A stretch of 64,000 nt of DNA from Chrysomallon squamiferum (lineage: Eukaryota; Animalia; Mollusca): positions 7,874,001 to 7,938,000 of the forward strand of contig CM022678.1 of the NCBI GenBank assembly GCA_012295275.1. The letters run 5' to 3'. Both the position numbers and the translations under genes were made by a program. The notes under the pieces were generated by a model. It ran no database searches and was not told the DNA's origin. It saw only the letters and a list, made by a program, of their open reading frames with translations. The number at the start of each line of letters is the position of its first letter. The stretch's first letter is position 1. Positions 51,201 to 64,000 of the stretch are shown here, piece after piece.

Positions 51201-54200
51201 ATGGTTACTCAGATAGAAAACAGAGAATACAGACTGGCTGAAGAAAAACAATCAAAAAAATAAAAGCTTATGCGAAATATGTTCACTGATATATTTTGAG
51301 TCGCCTCCCTTATGCGAGAAGTGTTCACTTCTATATTTAGAGTTACTTTCCCAATGTGAGAGGTGTTCACTGGTATTTAGAGTCGCCTCCCCTATGTGAG
51401 ATGTGTTCACTGGTATACTTAGAGTTCCCTCCCTTATGTGAGATGTGTTCACTGGTATTTAGAGTCGCCTCCCCTATGTGAGATGTGTTCACTGGTATAT
51501 TTAGAGTTGCCTCCCTTATGTGAGATGTGTTCACTGGTATATAGAGTCGCCTCTCTTATGTGAGATGTGTTCACTGGTATATTTAGAGTGGCCTCCCTTA
51601 TGTGAGATGTGTTCACTGGTATTAAGAAAATAAGATAGAAAACTCGAATACAAAAGCTCAACTAAATAATCAGTGAGAGCAGAGTGTTTAAACTGATTAA
51701 AGTATTTCATAAATAAATAATAAAGAAATGGTAACACGTAGAAAAAAGAAGGAAGGATGGAATGAAAGATAGGAAATAAAAGATGGAAAAAATAGAAAGA
51801 AAGAAAGAAAAGAAAGAAGGAAGGATAGAAAGAAAAGAAAGAAGGAAAGAAAGAAAGAAGGAAAATATTGAAACAGCTTAAAGAATGAACAAAAATGAAT
51901 AAGAAAAGAAAAGAAAAAACTAAGGAAACAAAAAAACGAAGAGTGGTACTATTTAAACGCAGCATTCATTTCAGATTTTATTCATAATAAAATATAAAAT
52001 CGTATGTGGACTGCATTGATTAGCATGATTAGAATTTCCATACTGAATTTCTTCATATGATTACTCAGATAGAAAACAGAGAATACAGACTGGCTGAAGA
52101 AAAACAATCAAAAAAATAAAAGCTTATGCGAAATATGTTCACTGATATATTTTGAGTCGCCTCCCTTATGCGAGAAGTGTTCACTTCTATATTTAGAGTT
52201 ACTTTCCCAATGTGAGAGGTGTTCACTGGTATTTAGAGTCGCCTCCCCTATGTGAGATGTGTTCACTGGTATTTAGAGTCGCCTCCCTTATGTGAGATGT
52301 GTTCACTGGTATTTAGAGTCGCCTCCCTTATGTGAGATGTGTTCACTGGTATATTTAGAGTTGCCTCCCTTATGTGAGATGTGTTCACTGGTATATTTAG
52401 AGTCGCCTCCCTTATGTGAGATGTGTTCACTGGTATATTTAGAGTGGCCTCCCTTATGTGAGATGTGTTCACTGGTATTAAGAAAATAAGATAGAAAACT
52501 CGAATACAAAAGCTCAACTAAATAATCAGTGAGAGCAGAGTGTTTAAACTGATTAAAGTATTTCATAAATAAATAATAAAGAAATGGTAACACGTAGAAA
52601 AAAGAAGGAAGGATGGAATGAAAGATAGGAAATAAAAGATGGAAAAGATAGAAAGAAAGAAAGATAGAAAAGAAAGAAGGAAGGATAGAAAGAAAAGAAA
52701 GAAGGAAAGAAAGAAAGAAAGAAAACATTGAAGCAGCTTAAAGAATGAACAAAAATGAATAAAAAAAGAAAAAACAAACGCAACAGAACGAAGCGTGGTA
52801 CTATTTAAACGCAGCATTCATTTCAGATTTTATTCATAATAAAATATAAAATCGTATGTGGACTGCATTGATTAGCATGATTAGAATTTCCATACTGAAT
52901 TTCTTCATATGATTACTCAGATAGAAAAAACAGAGAATACAGACTGGCTGAAGAAAAAATCATCAAAAAAAAAAAGCTTATGCGAAATATGTTCACTGAT
53001 ATATTTTGAGTCGCCTCCCTTATGCGAGAAGTGTTCACTTCTATATTTAGAGTTACTTTCCCTATGTGAGAGGTGTTCACTGGTATTTAGAGTCGCCTCC
53101 CCTAAGTGAGATGTGTTCACTGGTATTTAGAGTCGCCTCCCTTATGTGAGATGTGTTCACTGGTATATTTAGAGTGGCCTCCCTTATGTGAGATGTGTTC
53201 ACTGGTATTAAGAAAATAAGATAGAAAACTCGAATACAAAAGCTCAACTAAATAATCAGTGAGAGCAGAGTGTTTAAACTGATTAAAGTATTTCATAAAT
53301 AAATAATAAAGAAATGGTAACACGTAGAAAAAAGAAGGAAGGATGGTATGAAAGATAGGAAATAAAAGATGGAAAAGATAGAAAGAAAGAAAGAAAAAAA
53401 GAAAAGAAAGAAGGAAGGATAGAAAGAAAAGAAAGAAGGAAAGAAAGAAAGAAGGAAAATATTGAAACAGCTTAAAGAATGAACAAAAATGAATAAGAAA
53501 AGAAAAGAAAAAACTAAGGAAACAAAACGAAGAGTGGTACTATTTAAACGCAACATTCATTTCAGATTTTATTCATAATAAAATATAAAATCGTATGTGG
53601 ACTGCATTGATTAGCATGATTAGAATTTCCATACTGAATTTCTTCATATGGTTACTCAGATAGAAAACAGAGAATACAGACTGGCTGAAGAAAAACAATC
53701 AAAAAAATAAAAGCTTATGCGAAATATGTTCACTGATATATTTTGAGTCGCCTCCCTTATGCGAGAAGTGTTCACTTCTATATTTAGAGTTACTTTCCCA
53801 ATGTGAGAGGTGTTCACTGGTATTTAGAGTCGCCTCCCCTATGTGAGATGTGTTCACTGGTATTATAGAGTTCCCTCCCTTATGTGAGATGTGTTCACTG
53901 GTATTTAGAGTCGCCTCCCTATGTGAGATGTGTTCACTGGTATATTTAGAGTTGCCTCCCTTATGTGAGATGTGTTCACTGGTATATAGAGTCGCCTCTC
54001 TTATGTGAGATGTGTTCACTGGTATATTTAGAGTGGCCTCCCTTATGTGAGATGTGTTCACTGGTATTAAGAAAATAAGATAGAAAACTCGAATACAAAA
54101 GCTCAACTAAATAATCAGTGAGAGCAGAGTGTTTAAACTGATTAAAGTATTTCATAAATAAATAATAAAGAAATGGTAACACGTAGAAAAAAAAAGGAAG

Positions 54201-57200
54201 GATGGAATGAAAGATAGGAAATAAAAGATGGAAAAGATAGAAAGAAAGAAAGATAGAAAAGAAAGAAGGAAGGATAGAAAGAAAAGAAAGCAGGAAAGAA
54301 AGAAAGAAAGAAAACATTGAAGCAGCTTAAAGAATGAACAAAAATGAATAAAAAAAGAAAAAACAAACGCAACAAAACGAAGCGTGGTACTATTTAAACG
54401 CAGCATTCTTTTCAGATTTTATTCATAATAAAATATAAAATCGTATGTGGACTGCATTGATTAGCATGATTAGAATTTCCATACTGAATTTCTTCATATG
54501 GTTACTCAGATAGAAAACAGAGAATACAGACTGGCTGAAGAAAAACAATCAAAAAAATAAAAGCTTATGCGAAATATGTTCACTGATATATTATGAGTCG
54601 CTTCCCTTATGCGAGAAGTGTTCACTTCTACATTTAGAGTTACTTTCCCTATGTGAGAGGTGTTCACTGGTATTTAGAGTCGCCTCCCCTATGTGAGATG
54701 TGTTCACTGGTATTTAGAGTCGCCTCCCTTATGTGAGATGTGTTCACTGGTATAGTTTTAGAGTGTGTTCACTGGTATATTTAGCCTCCCTTATGTGAGA
54801 TGTGTTCACTGGTATTAAGAAAATAAGATAGAAAACTCGAATACAAAAAGCTCAACTAAATAATCAGTGAGAGCAGAGTGTTTAAACTGATTAAAGTATT
54901 TCATAAATAAATAATAAAGAAATGGTAACACGTAGAAAAAAAAAGAAGGAAGGATGGAATGAAAGATAGGAAATAAAAGATGGAAAAAGATAGAAAGAAA
55001 GAAAGAAAAAAGAAAAAAAAGAAGGAAGGATAGAAAGAAAAGAAAGAAGGAAAGAAAGAAAGAAAGAAAGAAAAAATTGAAACAGCTTAAAGAATGAACA
55101 AAAATGAATAAAAAAAAAAAAAAAAAAAAAAAACTAAGAAAACAAAACGAAGAGTGGTACTATTTAAACGCAACATTCATTTTGAAATTTTATTCATAAT
55201 AAAAATATAAAATCGTATGTGGACTGCATTGATTAGCATGATTAGAATTTCCATACTGAATTTCTTCATATGATTACTCAGATAGAAAACAGAGAATACA
55301 GACTGGCTGAAGAAAAAAAAATCAAAAAATAAAAAGCTTATGCGAAATATGTTCACTGATATATTTTGAGTCGCCTCCCTTATGCGAGAAGTGTTCACTT
55401 CTATATTTAGAGTTACTTTCCCAATGTGAGAGGTGTTCACTGGTATTTAGAGTCGCCTCCCCCCTGTGAGATGTGTTCACTGGTATATTTAGAGTTCCCC
55501 CCTGAGAGATGTGTTCACTGGTATTTAGAGTCGCCTCCCCTATGTGAGATGTGTTCACTGGTATATTTAGAGTTGCCTCCCTTATGTGAGATGTGTTCAC
55601 TGGTATATAGAGTCGCCTCTCTTATGTGAGATGTGTTCACTGGTATTTTAAGAAAATTAAGAAAATAAGATAGAAAACTCGAATACAAAAGCTCAACTAA
55701 ATAATCAGTGAGAGCAGAGTGTTTAAACTGATTAAAGTATTTCATAAATAAATAATAAAGAAATGGTAACACGTAGAAAAAAGAAGGAAGGATGGAATGA
55801 AAGATAGGAAATAAAAGATGGAAAAGATAGAAAGAAAGAAAGATAGAAAAGAAAGAAGGAAGGATAGAAAGAAAAGAAAGCTGGAAAGAAAGAAAGAAAG
55901 AAAACTATTGAAACAGCTTAAAGAATGAACAAAAATGAATAAAAAAAAAAAAAAAAAACAAAGGAAACAGAACGAAGCGTGGTACTATTTAAACGCAGCA
56001 TTCTTTTCAGATTTTATTCATAATAAAATATAAAATCGTATGTGGACTGCATTGATTAGCATGATTAGAATTTCCATACTGAATTTCTTCATATGATTAC
56101 TCAGATAGAAAACAGAGAATACAGACTGGCTGAAGAAAAACAATCAAAAAAAAAAAAAGCTTATGCGAAATATGTTCACTGATATATTTTGAGTCGCCTC
56201 CCTTATGCGAGAAGTGTTCACTTCTATATTTAGAGTTACTTTCCCTATGTGAGAGGTGTTCACTGGTATTTAGAGTCGCCTCCCCTATGTGAGATGTGTT
56301 CACTGGTATATTTAGAGTTGCCTCCCTATGTGAGATGTGTTCACTGGTATTTAGAGTCGCCTCCCCTTATGTGAGATGTGTTCACTGGTATATTTAGAGT
56401 GGCCTCCCTTATGTGAGATGTGTTCACTGGTATTAAGAAAATAAGATAGAAAACTCGAATACAAAAGCTCAACTAAATAATCAGTGAGAGCAGAGTGTTT
56501 AAACTGATTAAAGTATTTCATAAATAAATAATAAAGAAATGGTAACACGTAGAAAAAAGAAGGAAGGATGGAATGAAAGATAGGAAATAAAAGATGGAAA
56601 AGATAGAAAGAAAGAAAGAAAGATAGAAAAGAAAGAAGGAAGGATAGAAAGAAAAGAAAGCTGGAAAGAAAGAAAGAAAGAAAAAAACATTGAAGCAGCT
56701 TAAGGAATGAACAAAAATGAATAAAAAAAAAAAAAACAAACGTAACAGAACGAAGCGTGGTACAATTTAAACGGAGCATTCTTTTCAAATTTTATTCATA
56801 ATAAAACATAAAATCGTATCTGGACTTCATTGATTAGCATGATTAGAATTTCCATACTGAATTTCTTCATATGATTACTCAGATAGAAAACAGAGAATAC
56901 AGACTGGCTGAAGAAAAACAATCAAAAAAATAAAAGCTTATGCGAAATATGTTCACTGATATATTTTGAGTCGCCTCCCTTATGCGAGAAGTGTTCACTT
57001 CTATATTTAGAGTTACTTTCCCTATGTGAGAGGTGTTCACTGGTATTTAGAGTCGCCTCCCCTATGTGAGATGTGTTCACTGGTATACTTAGAGTTCCCT
57101 CCCTTATGTGAGATGTGTTCACTGGTATTTAGAGTCGCCTCCCCTATGTGAGATGTGTTCACTGGTATATTTAGAGTGTTCCTCCCTTATGTGAGATGTG

Positions 57201-57239
57201 TTCACTGTGTTCACTGGTATTAAGAAAATAAGATAGAAA
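48241..57239 (+). repeat. Complex satellite, about 11-12 monomers of ~730-860 bp, purine-rich tract on the plus strand
   Basis: Marker aagaaaataagatagaaaactcgaatacaaaa recurs at about 49157, 49930, 50767, 51623, 52480, 53210, 54068, 54816, 55659, 56434 and (truncated) 57221. Each monomer has several 40/42-bp subrepeats gagatgtgttcactggtat(at)ttagagtcgcctcccttatgt, a GAAA-rich tract and an AT-rich spacer. Confidence 0.98.
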
Positions 57240-57439
57240 NNNNNNNNNNNNNNNNNNNNNNNNNNNNNNNNNNNNNNNNNNNNNNNNNNNNNNNNNNNNN
57301 NNNNNNNNNNNNNNNNNNNNNNNNNNNNNNNNNNNNNNNNNNNNNNNNNNNNNNNNNNNNNNNNNNNNNNNNNNNNNNNNNNNNNNNNNNNNNNNNNNNN
57401 NNNNNNNNNNNNNNNNNNNNNNNNNNNNNNNNNNNNNNN
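57240..57439. other. Assembly gap (200 N)
   Basis: Run of N. Confidence 1.
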
Positions 57440-60400
57440 TACCAGTGAACACATCTCACATAAGGGAGGCAACTCTAAATATACCAGTGAACACATCTCT
57501 CACATAGGGAGGCGACTCTAAATACCAGTGAACACATCTCACATAAGGGAGGCAACTCTAAGTATACCAGTGAACACATCTCACATAGGGGAGGCGACTC
57601 TAAATACCAGTGAACACCTCTCACATAGGGAAAGTAACTCTAAATATAGAAGTGAACACTTCTCGCATAAGGGAGGCGACTCAAAATATATCAGTGAACA
57701 TATTTCGCATAAGCTTTTATTTTTTTGATTGTTTTTCTTCAGTCAGTCAGTATTCTCTGTTTTCTTTCTCAGTAATCAAATGAATTCAGTATGGGAATTC
57801 TTATCCTGATAATCAATGCAGTCCACATACGATTTTATATTTTATTATGAATAAAAGCTGAAAAGAATGCTGTGTTTAAATAGTACCACTCTTCGTTGTG
57901 TTTCCTTAGTTTTTTCTTTTCTTTTCTTATTCATTTTTTTCAATATTTTTTTCTTATTCATTTTTGTTCATTTTTTAAGCTGTTTCAATCTTTCTTTCTT
58001 TCTATATTTTCTATCTTTTATTTCCTATCTTTCATTCCATCCTTCCTTCTTTTTTCAACGAGTTACCATTTCTTTATTATTCATTTATGAAATACTTTAA
58101 TCACTTTAAACACTCTGCTCTCACTGATTATTTAGTTGAGCTTTTGTATTCGAGTTTTCTATCTTATTTTCTTAATACCAGTGAACACATCTCACATAGG
58201 GGAGGCGACTCTAAATACCAGTGAACACATCTCACATAAGGGAGGCAACTCTAAATATACCAGTGAACACATCTCACATAGGGGAGGCGACTCTAAATAC
58301 CAGTGAACACATCTCACATAAGGGAGGCAACTCTAAGTGTACCAGTGAACACATCTCACATAGGGGAGGCGACTCTAAATACCAGTGAACACATCTCACA
58401 TAGGGAAAGTAACTGTAAATATAGAAGTGAGCACTTCTCGCATAAGGGAGGGGACTCTAAATATATCAGTGAACATACTTCGCATAAGCTTTTATTTATT
58501 TATTTTTTTCTTCAGTCAGTCAGTATCTTCTGTTTTCTTTATCCCTAATCAAATGAAGAAATTCAATATGGAAATTCTTATCCTGATAATCAGTGCACCT
58601 ACGATTTTATATTTTATTATGAATAAAATCTGAAAAGAATTCTGCGTTTAAATAGTACCATTCTTCGTTTTGTGTCCTTAGTTTTTTCTTTTCTTTTCTT
58701 ATTCTCTTTTGTTCATTCTTTTAGCTGTTTCAATATTTTCTTTCTTTCTTTCTTTCCTTCTTTCTTTTCTTTCTATCCTTCCTTCTTTCTTTTCTATCTT
58801 TCTTTCTTTCTATCTTTTCCATCTTTTATTCCCTATCTTTCATTCTATCCTTCCTTCTTTTTTCTACCTGTTACCATTTCTTTATTATTTATTTGTGAAA
58901 TACTTTAATCACTTTAAACACTCTGCTCTCACTGATTATTTAGTTGAGCTTTTGTATTCGAGTTTTCTATCTTATTTTCTTAATACCAGTGAACACATCT
59001 CACATAACGGAGGCCACTCTAAGTATACCAGTGAACACATCTCACATAGGGGAGGCGACTCTAAATACCAGTGAACACATCTCACATAAGGGAGGCAACT
59101 CTAAGTATACCAGTGAACACATCTCACATAGGGGAGGCGACTCTAAATACCAGTGAACACCTCTCACATAGGGAAAGTAACTCTAAATATAGAAGTGAAC
59201 ACTTCTCGCATAAGGGAGGCGACTCAAAATATATCAGTGAACATATTTCGCATAAGCTTTTATTTTTTTGATTGTTTTTCTTCAGTCAGTCAGTATTCTC
59301 TGTTTTCTTTCTCAGTAATCAAATGAATTCAGTATGGAAATTCTTATCCTGATAATCAATGCAGTCCACATACGATTTTATATTTTATTATGAATAAAAT
59401 CTGAAAAGAATGCTGTGTTTAAATAGTACCACTCTTCGTTCTGTTTCCTTAGTTTTTTCTTTTCTTTTCTTATTCATTTTTGTTCATTTTTTAAGCTGTT
59501 TCAATCTTTCTTTCTTTCTTTATTTTTTTTTTTCTTTTCTTTTTCCTTCCTTCTTTTTTTTCTTTTTTTTTTTTATTATTTTTTTTTCCATCTTTTATTC
59601 CCTTTCTTTCATTCCATCAACTTTATTTAGTTTTTTTTTTTCTATTCGTGTTACCATTTCTTTATTATTTATTTATGAAATACTTTAATCACTTTAAACA
59701 CTCTGCTCTCACTGATTATTTAGTTGAGCTTTTGTATTCGAGTTTTCTATCTTATTTTCTTAATACCAGTGAACACATCTCACATAAGGGAGGCAACTCT
59801 AAATATACCAGTGAACACATCTCACATAGGGGAGGCGACTCTAAATACCAGTGAACACATCTCACATAAGGGAGGCAACTCTAAGTGTACCAGTGAACAC
59901 ATCTCACATAGGGGAGGCGACTCTAAATACCAGTGAACACATCTCACATAGGGAAAGTAACTGTAAATATAGAAGTGAGCACTTCTCGCATAAGGGAGGG
60001 GACTCTAAATATATCAGTGAACATACTTCGCATAAGCTTTTATTTATTTATTTTTTTCTTCAGTCAGTCAGTATCTTCTGTTTTCTTTATCCCTAATCAA
60101 ATGAAGAAATTCAATATGGAAATTCTTATCCTGATAATCAGTGCACCTACGATTTTATATTTTATTATGAATAAAATCTGTAAAGAATTCTGCGTTTAAA
60201 TAGTACCATTCTTCGTTTTGTTCCTCCTTTTTTTTTTTTTTTTTTTTTTATTCATTTTTTTGTTCATTCTTTTAGCTGTTTCAATATTTTCTTTCTTTCT
60301 TTCTTTCCTTCTTTCTTTTCTTTCTATCCTTCCTTCTTTCTTTTCTATCTTTCTTTCTTTCTATCTTTTCCATCTTTTATTCCCTATCTTTCATTCTATC

Positions 60401-63400
60401 CTTCCTTCTTTTTTCTACCTGTTACCATTTCTTTATTATTTATTTGTGAAATACTTTAATCACTTTAAACACTCTGCTCTCACTGATTATTTAGTTGAGC
60501 TTTTGTATTCGAGTTTTCTATCTTATTTTCTTAATACCAGTGAACACATCTCACATAACGGAGGCCACTCTAAATACCAGTGAACACATCTCACATAGGG
60601 GAGGCGACTCTAAATACCAGTGAACACATCTCACATAAGGGAGGCAACTCTAAGTATACCAGTGAACACATCTCACATAGGGGAGGCGACTCTAAATACC
60701 AGTGAACACCTCTCACATAGGGAAAGTAACTCTAAATATAGAAGTGAACACTTCTCGCATAAGGGAGGCGACTCAAAATATATCAGTGAACATATTTCGC
60801 ATAAGCTTTTATTTTTTTGATTGTTTTTCTTCAGTCAGTCAGTATTCTCTGTTTTCTTTCTCAGTAATCAAATGAATTCAGTATGGGAATTCTTATCCTG
60901 ATAATCAATGCAGTCCACATACGATTTTATATTTTATTATGAATAAAAGCTGAAAAGAATGCTGTGTTTAAATAGTACCACTCTTCGTTGTGTTTCCTTA
61001 GTTTTTTCTTTTCTTTTCTTATTCATTTTTGTTCATTTTTTTAGCTGTTTCAATCTTTCTTTCTTTCTTTCTTTCTTTCTTTTTTTTTTTTTTTCCATCC
61101 TTCTTTTTTCTTTTCTATCTTTTCTTTCTTTTTTTATTTCTCTTTTTTCTATCTTTTATTTCCTATCTTTCATTCCATCCTTCCTTCTTTTTTCAACGAG
61201 TTACCATTTCTTTATTATTCATTTATGAAATACTTTAATCACTTTAAACACTCTGCTCTCACTGATTATTTAGTTGAGCTTTTGTATTCGAGTTTTCTAT
61301 CTTATTTTCTTAATACCAGTGAACACATCTCACATAAGGGAGGCCACTCTAAATATACCAGTGAACACATCTCACATAGGGGAGGCGACTCTAAATACCA
61401 GTGAACACATCTCACATAAGGGAGGCAACTCTAAGTATACCAGTGAACACATCTCACATAGGGGAGGCGACTCTAAATACCAGTGAACACCTCTCACATA
61501 GGGAAAGTAACTCTAAATATAGAAGTGAGCACTTCTCGCATAAGGGAGGGGACTCTAAATATATCAGTGAACATACTTCGCATAAGCTTTTATTTATTTA
61601 TTTTTTTCTTCAGTCAGTCAGTATCTTCTGTTTTCTTTATCCCTAATCAAATGAAGAAATTCAATATGGAAATTCTTATCCTGATAATCAGTGCACCTAC
61701 GATTTTATATTTTATTATGAATAAAATCTGAAAAGAATGCTGCGTTTAAATAGTACCATTCTTCGTTTTGTTTCCTTAGTTTTTTCTTTTCTTTTCTTAT
61801 TCTCTTTTGTTCATTCTTTTAGCTGTTTCAATATTTTCTTTCTTTCTTTCTTTCCTTCTTTCTTTTCTTTCTATCCTTCCTTCTTTCTTTTCTATCTTTC
61901 TTTCTTTCTTTTCTTTCTATCTTTTCCATCTTTTATTTCCTATCTTTCATTCCATCCTTCCTTCTTTTTTCTACCTGTTACCATTTCTTTATTATTTATT
62001 TATGAAATACTTTAATCACTTTAAACACTCTGCTCTCACTGATTATTTAGTTGAGCTTTTGTATTCGAGTTTTCTATCTTATTTTCTTAATACCAGTGAA
62101 CACATCTCACATAACGGAGGCCACTCTAAATATACCAGTGAACACATCTCACATAGGGAGGCGACTCTAAATACCAGTGAACACATCTCACATAAGGGAG
62201 GCAACTCTAAATATACCAGTGAACACATCTCACATAGGGGAGGCGACTCTAAATACCAGTGAACACATCTCACATAAGGGAGGCAACTCTAAATATACCA
62301 GTGAACACATCTCACATAGGGGAGGCGACTCTAAATACCAGTGAACACCTCTCACATAGGGAAAGTAACTCTAAATATAGAAGTGAACACTTCTCGCATA
62401 AGGGAGGCGACTCAAAATATATCAGTGAACATATTTCGCATAAGCTTTTATTTTTTTGATTGTTTTTCTTCAGCCAGTCTGTATTCTCTGTTTTCTATCT
62501 GAGTAATCATATGAAGAAATTCAGTATGGAAATTCTAATCATGCTAATCAATGAAGTCCAGATACGATTTTATGTTTTATTATGAATAAAATTTGAAAAG
62601 AATGCTCCGTTTAAATTGTACCACGCTTCGTTCTGTTTCGTTTGTTTTTTCTTTTTTTATTCATTTTTGTTCATTCTTTAAGCTGCTTCAATGTTTTCTT
62701 TCTTTCTTTCTTTCCTTCTTTCTTTTCTTTCTATCCTTCCTTCTTTCTTTTCTATCTTTCTTTCTTTCTATCTTTTCCATCTTTTATTTCCCTATCTTTC
62801 ATTCCATCCTTCCTTCTTTTTTCTACCTGTTACCATTTCTTTATTATTTATTTGTGAAATACTTTAATCACTTTAAACACTCTGCTCTCACTGATTATTT
62901 AGTTGAGCTTTTGTATTCGAGTTTTCTATCTTATTTTCTTAATACCAGTGAACACATCTCACATAACGGAGGCCACTCTAAGTATACCAGTGAACACATC
63001 TCACATAGGGGAGGCGACTCTAAATACCAGTGAACACATCTCACCAGTGAACACATCTCACATAGGGGAGGCGACTCTAAATACCAGTGAACACCTCTCA
63101 CATAGGGAAAGTAACTCTAAATATAGAAGTGAACACTTCTCGCATAAGGGAGGCGACTCAAAATATATCAGTGAACATATTTCGCATAAGCTTTTATTTT
63201 TTTGATTGTTTTTCTTCAGTCAGTCAGTATTCTCTGTTTTCTTTCTCAGTAATCAAATGAATTCAGTATGGAAATTCTTATCCTGATAATCAATGCAGTC
63301 CACATACGATTTTATATTTTATTATGAATAAAATCTGAAAAGAATGCTGTGTTTAAATAGTACCACTCTTCGTTGTGTTTCCTTAGTTTTTTCTTTTCTT

Positions 63401-64000
63401 TTCTTATTCATTTTTGTTCATTTTTAAGCTGTTTCAATATTTTCTTTCTTTCTTTCTTTCCTTCTTTTTCTTTTCTTTCTATCCTTCCTTCTTTCTTTTC
63501 TATCTTTCTTTCTTTCTTTTCTTTCTATCTTTTCCATCTTTTATTTCCTATCTTTCATTCCATCCTTCCTTCTTTTTTCTACCTGTTACCATTTCTTTAT
63601 TATTTATTTATGAAATACTTTAATCACTTTAAACACTCTGCTCTCACTGATTATTTAGTTGAGCTTTTGTATTCGAGTTTTCTATCTTATTTTCTTAATA
63701 CCAGTGAACACATCTCACATAAGGGAGGCCACTCTAAATATACCAGTGAACACATTTCACATAGGGGAGGCGACTCTAAATACCAGTGAACATCTCTCAC
63801 ATAAGGGAGGCAACTCTAAGTATACCAGTGAACACATCTCACATAGAGGAGGCGACTCAAAATAGCAGTGAACACCTCTCACATAGGGAAAGTAACTCTA
63901 AATATAAAAGTGAACACTTGTCTCATAAGGGAGGCGACTCTAAATATATCAGTGAACATATTTCGCATAAGCTTTTATTTTTTTGATTGTTTTTCTTCAG
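57440..64000 (-). repeat. Same complex satellite in the opposite orientation, about 8-9 monomers, continuing past the window end
   Basis: Reverse complement of the left array (accagtgaacacatctcacataagggagg; TTTC-rich tract). Confidence 0.98.

Noticed and set aside
48594-64000. Dozens of ORFs in the satellite (NTSHIREATL, CEMCSLVYLE and F/S/L-rich frames), and the idea that the 42-bp unit is half a C2H2 zinc finger
   Set aside because: The ORFs are by-products of repeats; 40- and 42-bp units mix freely and shift frame. The CxxC frame has no paired His or TGEKP linker.

Overview
AT-rich eukaryotic, probably invertebrate, scaffold segment with two 200-N gaps (11116-11315, 57240-57439). I found no intact protein-coding gene and no prokaryotic-type system. 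(i) Bases 1-31 kb are a mosaic of decayed spliced gene fragments: SEC16 exons, the first coding exon of an RBM47/A1CF-type gene, and at least three unidentified multi-exon remnants, two of them head-to-head. They are mixed with RNase H-bearing LINE remnants and MITEs. About 10.7 kb occurs twice (362-11115 and 20295-30971), and the first copy ends exactly at a gap. (ii) Bases 31-44 kb hold a Tc1-like MITE, a LINE 3' end, a MULE remnant, an intronless Ras pseudogene and AT-rich repeats. (iii) Bases 44005-48240 are a degenerate Mag-type Ty3/Gypsy element on the minus strand with both LTRs, a tRNA-Ser PBS and a PPT. (iv) From 48241 to the end is a complex ~0.73-0.86 kb satellite with 40/42-bp subrepeats, a purine-rich tract and dimeric higher-order structure, whose orientation flips across the second gap. 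Overall it looks like a heterochromatin-border duplication zone. All homology calls come from recalled motifs; no database search was run.
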